A DNA stretch of 61,484 nt, counting the filler, from Bdellovibrionota bacterium (GTDB lineage Bacteria > Bdellovibrionota > Bdellovibrionia > Bdellovibrionales > JAEYZS01): assembly GCA_963169515.1 (NCBI GenBank). It is 6 parts of 6 records of this genome, joined end to end, with 100 filler letters (N's around TTAATTAATTAA, not from the genome) between each part and the next. Parts side by side here need not be neighbours in the genome. Positions count along the whole stretch, not along the records: positions 22,712 to 42,482 come from CAUJEF010000123.1; positions 42,583 to 50,462 come from CAUJEF010000124.1; 4 more parts are not named here. One strand, written 5' to 3'. Every line of letters begins with the position of its first letter. Position 1 is the stretch's first letter. Under the pieces are notes generated by a model, which made no database searches, was not told the origin of the DNA, and was given only the letters and a program-made list of their open reading frames with translations. The translations under genes were made by a program, and so were the position numbers. This document shows, piece after piece, positions 38,555 through 48,831 of this stretch.

Positions 38555-38641
38555 AGCCTTTCATATCAAAGTGTGAGAAAAATAAAAATCTTGAATTTGT
38601 GAATTACCGAATAACACATCTGGCCATAAGGAGTATTTATT

Positions 38642-39163
38642 ATGCCAATGATCGGTCACCCCGCCCCACAATTTACAGCACAAGCTGTTGTTGATGGTGG
38701 CGATTTTAAAAACATTAATTTATCAGATTTTAAAGGAAAGTGGGTTGTTCTATTCTTCTATCCCCTAGATTTTACATTTGTTTGCCCAACTGAGCTTTTG
38801 CAATTCAAAGAATTCGGAAGTCAATTTACAAAATTAAATGCTATTGTTCTTGGATGTAGCATCGATTCTGTCCACTCACATAAACGCTGGATTAAAGACG
38901 ATCTCGGCAATTTGGGTTACCCGCTTATTGGCGACGTAACCAAAAGAATTTCCCGCGATTATGGGGTCTTACTTGAAGAGTCTGGTATTGCAACTCGTGG
39001 AACATTTGTTATTGATCCGGAAGGCATGATTCAATACATGGGAATTCATAATCTGAACGTCGGCCGTGACGCGACAGAAATCCTTCGTGTTTTGACCGCA
39101 TTACAGTCTGGCGAGCTTTGCGCTGCTGGCTGGAAGCCAGGCGACAAACACGTAAAAGCTTAA
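38642..39163 (+). CDS. ahpC: 2-Cys peroxiredoxin (AhpC/Prx1)
   Basis: FFYPLDFTFVCPTE, GELCAAGWKPG; AGGAG RBS. Confidence 0.93.
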   Translation: MPMIGHPAPQFTAQAVVDGGDFKNINLSDFKGKWVVLFFYPLDFTFVCPTELLQFKEFGSQFTKLNAIVLGCSIDSVHSHKRWIKDDLGNLGYPLIGDVTKRISRDYGVLLEESGIATRGTFVIDPEGMIQYMGIHNLNVGRDATEILRVLTALQSGELCAAGWKPGDKHVKA

Positions 39164-39182
39164 GGTTCCAGGTTCCTTTTTT
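39162..39182. repeat. Short REP-like motif
   Basis: AAGGTTCCAGGTTCCTTTTTT at the ahpC stop; resembles 5310-5322. Confidence 0.35.
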
Positions 39183-39217
39183 GCGTAAATTTGTCCGGAT
39201 AGCGGAATATTATTAAG

Positions 39218-39250
39218 ATAAAAAGCCGACTCGAAAGGTCGGCTTTTTAT
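39218..39250. terminator. Intrinsic terminator after ahpC
   Basis: ATAAAAAGCCGAC-TCGAAAG-GTCGGCTTTTTAT. Confidence 0.8.
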
Positions 39251-39273
39251 TTCAAGTTGTTAACAGTGGACGC

Positions 39274-40395
39274 ATGAGCTTACTATCAAATATGACATTC
39301 CGAGACGATCTCAAAGTTTTTGTGGAAAAGAATTTTCCAATTTGGAAAAATACTTTTGATCCCGCGCCGACGATTATTTCTGATGCTATAATAGACATTA
39401 AAAAATCGACCTTCGCCCAGATCGAACAAATAGTTAGGTCTTTCTATAATTTACGACACAATAAAGATTATGTTGCTTCCATTCTAAAAAATCACCCAAG
39501 TCTATTGCCACAATGTCACTATTCCGTTTTGATGAGCTTTGATTTTCATATTATAGATGGAAGCCCCAAATTAATTGAAATAAACACCAATGCTTCTTTT
39601 GCGCTTTTGGCTTATGTGGTTGATCAATATGGTGCAAAGCTGAGCCCCCAATTTTTAGAAAAACTGCAAAACAGTTTTATTAATGACTATAAACTGTTTT
39701 CAAAAAAATCAGATATTCGAAGGATCGCAATTGTCGATGAGAACCCTCGAGAACAAAAGGCATACTTTGAATTTCTGATGTATCAGGAGCTTTTTAATTT
39801 TTGGAATTGGGATTGTGATATTTTGAATATTGTCGATGTCGAGCCTGGGTATGACTTTATATATAACAGACATACGGACTTTTATCTAAGCCAACCAATT
39901 TCAGCGAAGCTAAAGACGCTCTATGATCGCAAGTTAGCGTGTCTTAGCCCACACCCAACAGAATACGCACTGCTTGCGGACAAGACGCTGTTTCTTAAGT
40001 TCCAAGACAAGAACTTCTTAGAAAAGTTTGTTTCATCTCAAGACACAAATGTAATTTCAGCGTGTATCCCAGCCACTTTTGAATTCAATAACACAGACAC
40101 CGATGATATTTGGAACAAAAGAAAAAAATATATTTTCAAACCCAAGAACTCATTTGGTGGAAAGGCAATTTACAAGGGCGATTCGATAAGCAGAAATAAA
40201 TTTGACGACATCAGACAGGGCGACTACCTGGTCCAAGAACTGCTCCCGCCCCCAAAACACGACGAGCTAAAGTGGGACTTGCGTTGTTACGTTTATAATG
40301 GAGACATACAAGTATATGGGGTCCGCACTTACCACGGCCAAATTACAAACTTTAGAGAACTTGGCGGTGGCTTCGCACGCATAAGAGCAACCTAG
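39274..40395 (+). CDS. Circularly permuted ATP-grasp / glutathione-synthetase-like ligase
   Basis: SFDFH..PKLIEINTNA, IFKPKNSFGGKAIY, VQEL, DLRCYVY, TNFR..GGGF. Confidence 0.75.
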   Translation: MSLLSNMTFRDDLKVFVEKNFPIWKNTFDPAPTIISDAIIDIKKSTFAQIEQIVRSFYNLRHNKDYVASILKNHPSLLPQCHYSVLMSFDFHIIDGSPKLIEINTNASFALLAYVVDQYGAKLSPQFLEKLQNSFINDYKLFSKKSDIRRIAIVDENPREQKAYFEFLMYQELFNFWNWDCDILNIVDVEPGYDFIYNRHTDFYLSQPISAKLKTLYDRKLACLSPHPTEYALLADKTLFLKFQDKNFLEKFVSSQDTNVISACIPATFEFNNTDTDDIWNKRKKYIFKPKNSFGGKAIYKGDSISRNKFDDIRQGDYLVQELLPPPKHDELKWDLRCYVYNGDIQVYGVRTYHGQITNFRELGGGFARIRAT

Positions 40396-40457
40396 GGAGC
40401 AAGAAACACTTCTGAAAAATATTGTATTAAAATAAGACGTTTGTATCTCGATATACT

Positions 40458-40484
40458 TAAGTACGCGATTTTTCAGCCCGATAT
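40458..40484 (+). promoter_or_regulatory. Putative sigma28-type promoter
   Basis: TAAG-N15-CCCGATAT, 6 nt before GTG. Confidence 0.5.
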
Positions 40485-40490
40485 ATAATC

Positions 40491-42362
40491 GTGAAACACG
40501 GCAAACGAGGGGCCGCAAAGGTCCTCAAACAGTTTGAAAGACAACCTACATTTGTTGATCCGTACAGCAAGTTTGATCAAATCAATGGTCAACATCCTTG
40601 GATGCAAGAGTTAAAAAATGCAGTCGTTCCATACAAAGTTCGGGAACTCCAAAAGGGCAAGGTAACATACTTCAATTACGATTTGGCACGCGAAATGGGG
40701 CTCATAGAAAAAAACCATCCAAATAAGATGACGAAGGACCTTGAAAAAAGAGTGCTAAAAACATTTAACATTCGAATTATAAATGAATATGACGTTAAAA
40801 ATAAAATGATGTTTGATTTAAAAACAGTTAAGCCAAATGAACATATGGCCACACGGTACTTGCAGCTTCAGCATCCAAACAGGCAAGGTAGAACCTCTGG
40901 CGATGGTCGCGGTATCTGGAATGGTATTTTTAAGGGCAATGGAAAAATCTGGGATATTTCTAGCCGAGGTACAGGCGTAACATGCCTTGCTCCGGGAAGT
41001 GTTGAATCGAATCAACCCATTCGAACAGGAGACGAATCATTTGGGTATGGCTGCGGATTACTCGATTTAGATGAATTGTATGGAACCGCAATTTATTCAG
41101 AAATTTTTCACCGCCACAATATTCTTACAGAGCGAATTTTAGCCATTATAGATTCTGGCAAAGGACACGGCATCGGCGTGCGGGTGGGAAGTAATCTTTT
41201 CCGCCCTGCCCATCTTTTTACCTTCCTAAAGCAAAACGACCTTATTGGCCTGAAAAAGGCTGTCGATTTTCTTATCCAAAGACAGTTTCAAAACAAGGAC
41301 TGGGATTTTGATATTCATTCTAAGAAAAAATATGATTATATGCTTGAAAACCTTTGCGTAAATTTTGCGAAATTTGCCGCCCGCTTAGATGTGGATTATA
41401 TTTTTGCATGGCTGGACTGGGATGGAGACAATGTTCTATTTAATGCTGGCATTATTGATTACGGCAGCATACGTCAATTCGGCGTTCGCCATGACCAATA
41501 TAGGTATGATGACGTCGATCGATTTAGCACAACACTCAATGAACAAAAATCTAAGACAAAATTTCTTGTGCAGGTGTTTGCACAAATCACGGAATTTTTA
41601 AAAACTGGAAATAAGCCCTCACTGCAATTGTTAAAAGATCACCCGATCTTGAAACAATTTGATACCCACTTTAACCACTACCACTTAAAATATCGTTTGC
41701 ATAACATTGGCTATCAAAAGAACGATCAAGAGTATTTGCTGGCTCAGCACAAAGAAACTGTGGAAAAATTTGAAGCCCTGTTCAAGTATTTTGAAAAACA
41801 AAAAACAGCAAAGAAAATTATGAAAATTCCTGATGGTATTAATCGCCCGGCAATATTTAATATGCGATCGTTATTGCGTGAATTGCCCGTCCTTCTAAAA
41901 AATAAGGATTTACAGACATTTGTTGATCCAAAATTTTTATTTGACCTTATGGTTGTGCCCAGCGCCAGTCGCATTGATAAAAAAATGACATTAATACAAA
42001 GCGAAAAGCTGATCGAATTTCAAAAGGTTTATAAGGAATTAATCGAATCCACCCGTCGATATCGTAGTTTTGCACGTGTAGTAGATGAAATCGAAGCCCG
42101 ATCACGTGTTATAAATCGCGCCGATCGCGTGACTGGAAACGGCATTATCATGGTTGTAGACAAAGTCATGAACCTGATGAAACGCGGATTTTCGCATGAA
42201 GAAGTACAAAAGGTTGTGGATTCGTTCATTCAGACCCAAGTTCTTTTGCCCAAAGAAGGCCTGGATGATCCAGAACTCGTTCTTAAACGGAAATCGGTGA
42301 CACATAAAAAGCTTTTACGAAAGATTTTCTCTATCGTAAAGGCGTATAAAGATGATATCTAA
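40491..42362 (+). CDS. Divergent SelO/YdiU-like pseudokinase (AMPylase)
   Basis: SGDGRG, SEIFHR.NILTERIL, DGDNV....IIDYG correspond to SelO GDGRG, SEAMH..GIPTTRAL, NTDN...TLDYG. Confidence 0.7.
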   Translation: MKHGKRGAAKVLKQFERQPTFVDPYSKFDQINGQHPWMQELKNAVVPYKVRELQKGKVTYFNYDLAREMGLIEKNHPNKMTKDLEKRVLKTFNIRIINEYDVKNKMMFDLKTVKPNEHMATRYLQLQHPNRQGRTSGDGRGIWNGIFKGNGKIWDISSRGTGVTCLAPGSVESNQPIRTGDESFGYGCGLLDLDELYGTAIYSEIFHRHNILTERILAIIDSGKGHGIGVRVGSNLFRPAHLFTFLKQNDLIGLKKAVDFLIQRQFQNKDWDFDIHSKKKYDYMLENLCVNFAKFAARLDVDYIFAWLDWDGDNVLFNAGIIDYGSIRQFGVRHDQYRYDDVDRFSTTLNEQKSKTKFLVQVFAQITEFLKTGNKPSLQLLKDHPILKQFDTHFNHYHLKYRLHNIGYQKNDQEYLLAQHKETVEKFEALFKYFEKQKTAKKIMKIPDGINRPAIFNMRSLLRELPVLLKNKDLQTFVDPKFLFDLMVVPSASRIDKKMTLIQSEKLIEFQKVYKELIESTRRYRSFARVVDEIEARSRVINRADRVTGNGIIMVVDKVMNLMKRGFSHEEVQKVVDSFIQTQVLLPKEGLDDPELVLKRKSVTHKKLLRKIFSIVKAYKDDI

Positions 42363-42365
42363 AAA

Positions 42366-42453
42366 GGTACGCCGTTCCCTTTCAGGAGACAACGCATTAT
42401 TGTCTGCGTTTCAAAGGAATAATGCGTTGTCTCCTGAAAGGGAACGGCGTACC
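42366..42453. repeat. Long palindromic element, copy 4
   Basis: Perfect 41-bp arms including A5/T5 flanks (42361-42458), 16-nt loop. Confidence 0.97.
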
Positions 42454-42461
42454 TTTTTCTG

Positions 42462-42482
42462 ATGATTATAGTTACTGGCGCT
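42462..42482 (+). CDS. Start of probable NAD-dependent epimerase (7 codons only)
   Basis: ATG ATT ATA GTT ACT GGC GCT = MIIVTGA, a Rossmann-fold start, cut by the linker. Confidence 0.35.
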
Positions 42483-42582
42483 NNNNNNNNNNNNNNNNNN
42501 NNNNNNNNNNNNNNNNNNNNNNNNNNTTAATTAATTAANNNNNNNNNNNNNNNNNNNNNNNNNNNNNNNNNNNNNNNNNNNN
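42483..42582. other. Artificial contig linker
   Basis: N/TTAATTAATTAA/N. Confidence 0.98.
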
Positions 42583-42584
42583 AT

Positions 42585-44066
42585 CTAGGCTCGACAATTC
42601 TCACATGGTCCAATCTAATCGCATGCGTTTTGCTTGGACTTGCATTGGGGAATTTCACCTCTGGCTATACAATAAAAAAAAGTGTAGTTGTGATCGACTC
42701 GTTTTTTCTTAATATTATTTTGCTGATGGCGGCACTTTCAATATTAGTAGTTGGCGTAACCTACAAGACCTATTGCAAAGAGCTATGGGCGCTTCCATGG
42801 GGCACTTGGTATAAAGTCTTTTTACTGACTTTTATTACCACATTTCCGGTCTCCTATCTTCTGGGATTGTTTCAGCCACTGCTGTATCAATTGTCCCTCA
42901 AAGAGCTGGGCCGTGCCGGTGAAACTGCAGCGATCCTTTCTGCGACAAATACAATTGGGAGCCTGTTGGGAGCGCTATTTTTGAATTTTATTTTGTTATA
43001 TATTTTAAGATTATCGATCGGAGAAACTTTGACCGTATTTAGTGGGCTATTGCTAACCCCAGTCGTTTTGTCGTACTTTTTATTTAGATATACATGGAAA
43101 CAAAAAACTGCATTATGGGCTTTTACGCTTCTTGTGTTTGGTATCGGTATAGCATTTTTGGCACGGCGTATAGATGATAGAGCCGTTAAGTTTGTATTAC
43201 ATAATCCATATCATAGTTTGCAGGTTGTAGAGTCTAAAAATATTCGGTTTTTGAGGATAGGTGACTCCGGATTCAATCATACAGCAGTGAGTACGGATAA
43301 CCCTTTGCTGCCGGCAGTGGGTGGGTATACGGAGACTATTCGGCTGGGCTGGGCTTTTAATCGCAACATTAAAAGTATCTTGATTTTAGGTTTAGGTGGC
43401 GGAATTATGCCGCGGGATTTGGCTCGATCAAAGACAAAAGCAGAAATTGATGTCGTAGAGATTGATAAGAATATGTATAAAATTGCAACGGATTACTTTG
43501 GCTATGTTTCATCGAATCATATACATGAAAATGTTATAGACGCTAGAAGTTTCATAATAAGTACGGCTAAAAAATATGATTTAGTTTTTCATGACTTGTG
43601 TGGGGATGGGGCGGCTTTACCGGAACATTTGTTTACGCTTGAGTATTTTAGGCAAATAAAAGATCGACTGTCCCCTCGGGGCGTTTTTTTTCTGAACTTT
43701 TTTGCTCAAGTTCCTACAGACTCTGAGGCGAACAGCCAAATTTTAGGAAGAGCAATCTATTCTACGCTAAAAAACGCTTTTCCTGATTATAGTATTTTTC
43801 CAGTTGTTGCAGATAAATTACACAGGGATGAGGCGGTGATTCCCTTATGGGCAAGAACAAATATAGTGTTTGTGGCTGCGCCCACGAGACCGAACCTTGT
43901 GGGCTTGGCCGATTTTTTAAACAATAACGATTATGGCTTTCCAATCGAATTTGATGTGTCAAAGTTTTATCGAACTCTCGTGAACTTTAAGTATGATCAG
44001 AATCTTGTCCAGACAGACGATCGCAATCTAATAGCATTCTATCAATATTTTGCGCGCAATCGCTAG
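42585..44066 (+). CDS. Fused membrane domain/spermidine-synthase-like SAM-dependent transferase (5' truncated)
   Basis: GSTILTWS, TIGSLLG TM helices; ILILGLGGG, VVEID, IDAR, PEHLFT.EYF, TDDRN. Confidence 0.85.
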   Translation, partial: LGSTILTWSNLIACVLLGLALGNFTSGYTIKKSVVVIDSFFLNIILLMAALSILVVGVTYKTYCKELWALPWGTWYKVFLLTFITTFPVSYLLGLFQPLLYQLSLKELGRAGETAAILSATNTIGSLLGALFLNFILLYILRLSIGETLTVFSGLLLTPVVLSYFLFRYTWKQKTALWAFTLLVFGIGIAFLARRIDDRAVKFVLHNPYHSLQVVESKNIRFLRIGDSGFNHTAVSTDNPLLPAVGGYTETIRLGWAFNRNIKSILILGLGGGIMPRDLARSKTKAEIDVVEIDKNMYKIATDYFGYVSSNHIHENVIDARSFIISTAKKYDLVFHDLCGDGAALPEHLFTLEYFRQIKDRLSPRGVFFLNFFAQVPTDSEANSQILGRAIYSTLKNAFPDYSIFPVVADKLHRDEAVIPLWARTNIVFVAAPTRPNLVGLADFLNNNDYGFPIEFDVSKFYRTLVNFKYDQNLVQTDDRNLIAFYQYFARNR

Positions 44067-44123
44067 TTGTGTCATTGTGAGTTTGATCTTTCTAAAAGAC
44101 TACAAGCGTGTAAATATCTATTC

Positions 44124-45443
44124 ATGAACCAGTCACGTTGCGTTCTCATTTCTGCCAGCGAACCCTCAATTTGGGGTAGCTGCAAAATCATTACGCCGAA
44201 CATCGAGGCGGCTTACCGGCGCACGTTAGGTCGCCGGTTTAGAAGAATTAGATATGATAAAAATCAAACGCCCAGCCAAATTTTTGAGCTTGCTCGTAAA
44301 ATCAAAGCAGAGAATCTGGATAAACTTATTTTTGCGGATCATGCCCCGCATCCTTATGCCTTGTTGGTTGCGTTGGGACATGTGGGTATATCCCGCTGGC
44401 CAGAGATTGTCTTTCATGTTTACGGCGATTTTACTTTATTCATTTCCGATTGGCTTAAATCAGAAAAAATATTAGTAGGCAAAAAAGTAACATGGGTGGT
44501 CGCCTCAACACGACAAAAACAACTTCTCCAAACCATGCTTTCCTGGGTCCCAAATAGTTCTATTATTGTTTGCCCATTTCCTGTCGACCAGGATCGATTT
44601 AGCTTCGATGCAAGTAGAAGATTTACGACAAGGGCGGAGTTGGGCCATTGTGATACAGATAAATTGATTTTTTATACGGGTCGACTGTCATTACAGAAAA
44701 ATGTTATTCGGATGGTTTGGGAGTTTCACAAATATATCCTTGAGTCCAAAAGTAAGAATGTTTATTTGTACTTAGCAGGCGCTTTTGACGATATTGGTGC
44801 GCCATTTTTTGGCATTGGCTCTGGAACGATCTCATTTCAGCGGCACTTACGCAGAGCAATTGAGAAAGCTCCTGGGGTTGTCCGCGAACGCATACGCTTT
44901 CTTGGAGAAAAGGATAATTTGATTTTAAGTAATTACTATTGCGCTGCGGACCTTTTTTTCAGCCTCAGCACACATCATGATGAAGATTATGGTATGTCGC
45001 CAATTGAGGCTTTGTGTTGCGGCACCCCAGCTCTGCTTTCAAGTTGGGGCGGGTTTGGGGAGTTTTGTTTTGATCAAAGAGTATGTGATTTGATACCAGT
45101 TACGTTTTCACAGCAAGGATTGGCCATGTCGAGCGGTTTAATCCAGGCGAAATTGAATCAGAAATTAGCAAATGAAACTTCATTGCGCGAGAGAGAGCTA
45201 ATATCTGAGTTTTATTGTCAGCGCTTTTCAATAACAGCAGTTCAGGCGGTCATAAAAACTATAGTAAATGCTCAGGGGCCCCATTTCTCGGGTTTTTCCA
45301 CAATCGCGGGGCAGTTGAAAACACGCATGGAGCATTATGGGAACCCATTTGGAAATAGGTTTGACAAGAAGTCTTTATATTTTAAGATTTACAAAAACTA
45401 TGTAGAGGATTATGGCTCAGGCAAGACAAAGACCGTATTCTAA
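44124..45443 (+). CDS. GT4-family glycosyltransferase
   Basis: YTGRLSLQKN, AADLFFSLS..HDEDYGMSPIEALCCGTP. Confidence 0.85.
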   Translation: MNQSRCVLISASEPSIWGSCKIITPNIEAAYRRTLGRRFRRIRYDKNQTPSQIFELARKIKAENLDKLIFADHAPHPYALLVALGHVGISRWPEIVFHVYGDFTLFISDWLKSEKILVGKKVTWVVASTRQKQLLQTMLSWVPNSSIIVCPFPVDQDRFSFDASRRFTTRAELGHCDTDKLIFYTGRLSLQKNVIRMVWEFHKYILESKSKNVYLYLAGAFDDIGAPFFGIGSGTISFQRHLRRAIEKAPGVVRERIRFLGEKDNLILSNYYCAADLFFSLSTHHDEDYGMSPIEALCCGTPALLSSWGGFGEFCFDQRVCDLIPVTFSQQGLAMSSGLIQAKLNQKLANETSLRERELISEFYCQRFSITAVQAVIKTIVNAQGPHFSGFSTIAGQLKTRMEHYGNPFGNRFDKKSLYFKIYKNYVEDYGSGKTKTVF

Positions 45444-46443
45444 AAAACTGGAATCCATTTTTTCCCAATGGTTTTTCCAAGGAAAGGAAATTCGAGAAGG
45501 GTTGGCTCAGTTACCGCAGACGCCACAATTTAAAGCTTTCTTGGGCGAGGGGTGGCCTGCCACAAACCCCATTAGATCTCAAATTCCCCCCATTTATTTA
45601 GTTCAAGTTATTGCCTTAGAAGTCTTAAACCAAAGGCCCGAATGGTTAGTTTGCGATGGCGTGGTGCCCCTTTTATGGTTTTTTAAAAATAATCCAGGTC
45701 CCAAAGGCATGAATTCACGTTTATATGTGCACCAAGAGATTCTACCATTTGTGCCGAGAGATTGGCGCAAATCTGTAAGCCCCTATAGGATAGTAAGCGT
45801 TAGGCCGCAATTTGAACCCGTACATGAATTGAATACCGTTATTCTCACAGGCCTCATGTCGGATGTTTATTGCTCGCTTGAAAATCTAGAAAAGCTATTG
45901 GAAAAAGCTAAAAAAATAATTGCTGGCCACAAAATTAAAAACCTTAAGATTAAGACGGTGCTGCCCCTAAAATATTTCTCACATTCGACTGATTTGGGCC
46001 AAGTTTACCACATTGAATACATGAAGCGAATAATCGACGCCTTTGGAAAGCGTATCGAACCCATGTCTTTCTCGCAATTTATGGCTTATGACAAGTTTTC
46101 GTCTGCGCTGGTATTTGATATGAATGATCTGCATTTTTTAGGCCTATCTTTTTTGTTAAATTTCGCCCTTTCAAAGGGAGCTGTCAATGGACACCACTAT
46201 CGAAGAAGCAGTGTACTTCCAAAAAACTTTCGTCCTTTGTCACCATATCACGGTCTGGTGTTGAGTGGGGCAAAGGACAGAAATGGAAAAGGTTTGTTAG
46301 ATCTTGGCGAGCTCTATGCCGCGGCAGAAAGTTTTCATGAAAAAGTGTTTATGGTTATGAATTCAAGTGCAAACTTGAATTTACCGTGGCCGCATTGGTT
46401 TTCTGAATGGGTACGTGCGACTGACAGTTTAAAGCATTTCTGA
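45412..46443 (+). CDS. Hypothetical protein
   Basis: 343-aa ORF overlapping the GT4 stop, in the operon. Confidence 0.7.
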   Translation: MAQARQRPYSKKLESIFSQWFFQGKEIREGLAQLPQTPQFKAFLGEGWPATNPIRSQIPPIYLVQVIALEVLNQRPEWLVCDGVVPLLWFFKNNPGPKGMNSRLYVHQEILPFVPRDWRKSVSPYRIVSVRPQFEPVHELNTVILTGLMSDVYCSLENLEKLLEKAKKIIAGHKIKNLKIKTVLPLKYFSHSTDLGQVYHIEYMKRIIDAFGKRIEPMSFSQFMAYDKFSSALVFDMNDLHFLGLSFLLNFALSKGAVNGHHYRRSSVLPKNFRPLSPYHGLVLSGAKDRNGKGLLDLGELYAAAESFHEKVFMVMNSSANLNLPWPHWFSEWVRATDSLKHF

Positions 46444-47448
46444 ATGGAAAATAGTTTTGAGGTAACAGTTGCTGTTTTAACATACAAGAATAACTCGGAG
46501 CTCCGGTGTTGCTTGCAATCAATAGACAAGCAGTTGGTTGATTTTTCATTCGAGGTAATAGTTATTGATAACTCTTCGGGAGAGGCGGAGGTAGTTCTTA
46601 GCGAGTTTGTAGGGATAAAATATTTTATTAATAAAAAGAACAGCCTGGGCCTTGCTCGTGCTTATGCAGTTGAAAATGCTGCTAGCAGCTTGATTGCATT
46701 TCTTGATTCTGATTGCGTAGCGCCAAGGAATTGGTTGCAAACACTTGTAAACGAGTATCGATATTACAACACTTTAGAGGCGCCAGCCTTGGCTGCAGTT
46801 GGTAGCGGGAACAGGCCTCCAAGTGCAGGCCGGTTCTATGATTCACTTTTACTTATGCGCAAAGTCTATTGGGGACATTTAAGCTCAGCTCAGCAAAAAT
46901 TATTTTCAAATGTCTGTTTTGTAGAGCATTTACCAACAACAAATGTCTTATACAATCGATTCGCTATTATAAATTCAGGAAATTTCAATCCTAATGATAC
47001 AAGAGTGGGCGAAGATTTAGATTTGAGTTTTAGGCTGCGGCGGCTTGGGTATCGATTAATGTACACGCCCAATGCGGTTGTTGAACATTACGAGGTGGAT
47101 ACCCTTTGGGAGTGGACAGCGCGAGCATTTCGGTTTGGTCATGCACAGATCAAACTGTTGTTTCGTTATTGGCACCCCGCAACTTTGAGTGAAAGAATTA
47201 TTTTTCCACAGATATTTTTTTCGGCTATGTTTCTGTCGATTTTGTGTGCGTTTCAGAGCCCCGTGTCGCTTTTTATTGTCGCAGCATATTTGGGTTTTAT
47301 ATTGGTCTCGAGCATACTTTTGTGTTTTGTGAATAAAAAAACGCGCTGCATTTTATTGCTTTTTAGCTTATTTGTTTCAACCCATGTAAGCTATTCCATG
47401 GGTCAGATGGTTTCGCTTTTTAGGCATGCCTTCGGACGTGGGGGGTAA
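46444..47448 (+). CDS. GT2-family glycosyltransferase with C-terminal TM helices
   Basis: EVIVIDN, FLDSDC, GEDLDLSFRL. Confidence 0.9.
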   Translation: MENSFEVTVAVLTYKNNSELRCCLQSIDKQLVDFSFEVIVIDNSSGEAEVVLSEFVGIKYFINKKNSLGLARAYAVENAASSLIAFLDSDCVAPRNWLQTLVNEYRYYNTLEAPALAAVGSGNRPPSAGRFYDSLLLMRKVYWGHLSSAQQKLFSNVCFVEHLPTTNVLYNRFAIINSGNFNPNDTRVGEDLDLSFRLRRLGYRLMYTPNAVVEHYEVDTLWEWTARAFRFGHAQIKLLFRYWHPATLSERIIFPQIFFSAMFLSILCAFQSPVSLFIVAAYLGFILVSSILLCFVNKKTRCILLLFSLFVSTHVSYSMGQMVSLFRHAFGRGG

Positions 47449-48831
47449 GTGGATCGAATTAAATCAGCGGAAACAGTGCGGGACCATCTTAATTCTGTAT
47501 CACCAAGTTTTTGTTTGGCAAAGTGGCTTCAGGTAACTGTGCATTTGCAGAATGGTCATACGCATTCATGCCATCATCCCAAAACTCACAAAATCCCCAT
47601 CGAAGAATTGAAGCGAGATCCATCAGCACTTCACAATACGATTTATAAAAAAAAACAAAGACAAACGATGAAAGATGGGGTTCGACCAGAAGAATGTGGA
47701 TATTGCTGGAACATCGAAGATATTGGGAGTGAACAAATAAGTGATCGACATTTGAAATCAGCCGAAGATTGGGCATTGCCTCACTTTCAAGAAATTGCAA
47801 CGGCCCCCAAGGAATTGAACATCACACCGACTTATATGGAAGTGAGTTTTAGCAATGTTTGCAATTTTAAATGTGCGTACTGCGCTCCGCACATTTCTTC
47901 GAAGTGGATGGAAGAGATAAACAAATTTGGACCATATCCGACACATAATAAATTTAATAGCTTGGACCATGTGAAAGAAAACGACCAAATGCCTTATCAT
48001 ATTGACGAGGCGAATCCCTATGTTGAAGCGTTTTGGGAGTGGTGGCCTAAATTATATACTCAATTAAAAGTGTTTCGCATTACAGGCGGGGAGCCACTAT
48101 TAACTGACAATACATTCAAGGTGCTTGACTACATTAACCAAAATCCACGACCAGATATGGAGTTAGCTTTAAATTCGAATCTGGGTGTTCCATTCAAACT
48201 TATAGAAAAAACAGCGGATTATATGGAGTCGATTCTCAATAATAACAAAGTAAAACAATTTATGCTTTTTACCAGTGTCGACACAATAGGTGAGCAGGCA
48301 GAATACATTCGATACGGTTTAAAATACGAGCAGTATATTGCAAACTTAGAGTACTTGTTAACACGATTACCTAAATTACGCGTTATAGTCATGTGTGCAT
48401 TTAACGCTCTTAGCGTTCCCAGATTTCATTTATTCCTTAAACAAATTCTAGATTTTAAAGTAAAATACTTTGAAATGCACAATTCGGCTCAGTCTCCGTT
48501 GTTGCTTGATATCCCCTACTTACGCTACCCTGAGTTTTTAAGCGTCCAGGTCCTCTCTGATGGGCTTATCGAAAAAATAAGGAACAGCTATAATATGATG
48601 GAGTTTTTTTCTGAAAAAAAAATGGGTCAGCAGAAGGGCTTTGAGGATATTGAAATTGTAAAAATGCATCGGTTGACCGAATGGGCATGCGCTCCAAAGG
48701 ATCCACGGTGGGTAAAGCATATTCGGCAGGATTTCGTTTCGTACTTTACTGAATATGATAAGAGAAGGGGAACCGATTTTTTAGAAACATTCCCAGAAAT
48801 GTCCCAATTCTGGAACCTCTGTCATGAATGA
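47449..48831 (+). CDS. Twitch-domain radical SAM protein
   Basis: N-terminal FCLAKW..SCHHP..ECGYCW; CNFKCAYC; ITGGEPLL. Confidence 0.88.
   Translation: MDRIKSAETVRDHLNSVSPSFCLAKWLQVTVHLQNGHTHSCHHPKTHKIPIEELKRDPSALHNTIYKKKQRQTMKDGVRPEECGYCWNIEDIGSEQISDRHLKSAEDWALPHFQEIATAPKELNITPTYMEVSFSNVCNFKCAYCAPHISSKWMEEINKFGPYPTHNKFNSLDHVKENDQMPYHIDEANPYVEAFWEWWPKLYTQLKVFRITGGEPLLTDNTFKVLDYINQNPRPDMELALNSNLGVPFKLIEKTADYMESILNNNKVKQFMLFTSVDTIGEQAEYIRYGLKYEQYIANLEYLLTRLPKLRVIVMCAFNALSVPRFHLFLKQILDFKVKYFEMHNSAQSPLLLDIPYLRYPEFLSVQVLSDGLIEKIRNSYNMMEFFSEKKMGQQKGFEDIEIVKMHRLTEWACAPKDPRWVKHIRQDFVSYFTEYDKRRGTDFLETFPEMSQFWNLCHE

Noticed and set aside
25836..44066. speA, speB and spermidine-synthase-like gene as one polyamine cluster
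   Set aside because: speA and speB are 8 kb apart, and the third gene is on another contig across a linker.
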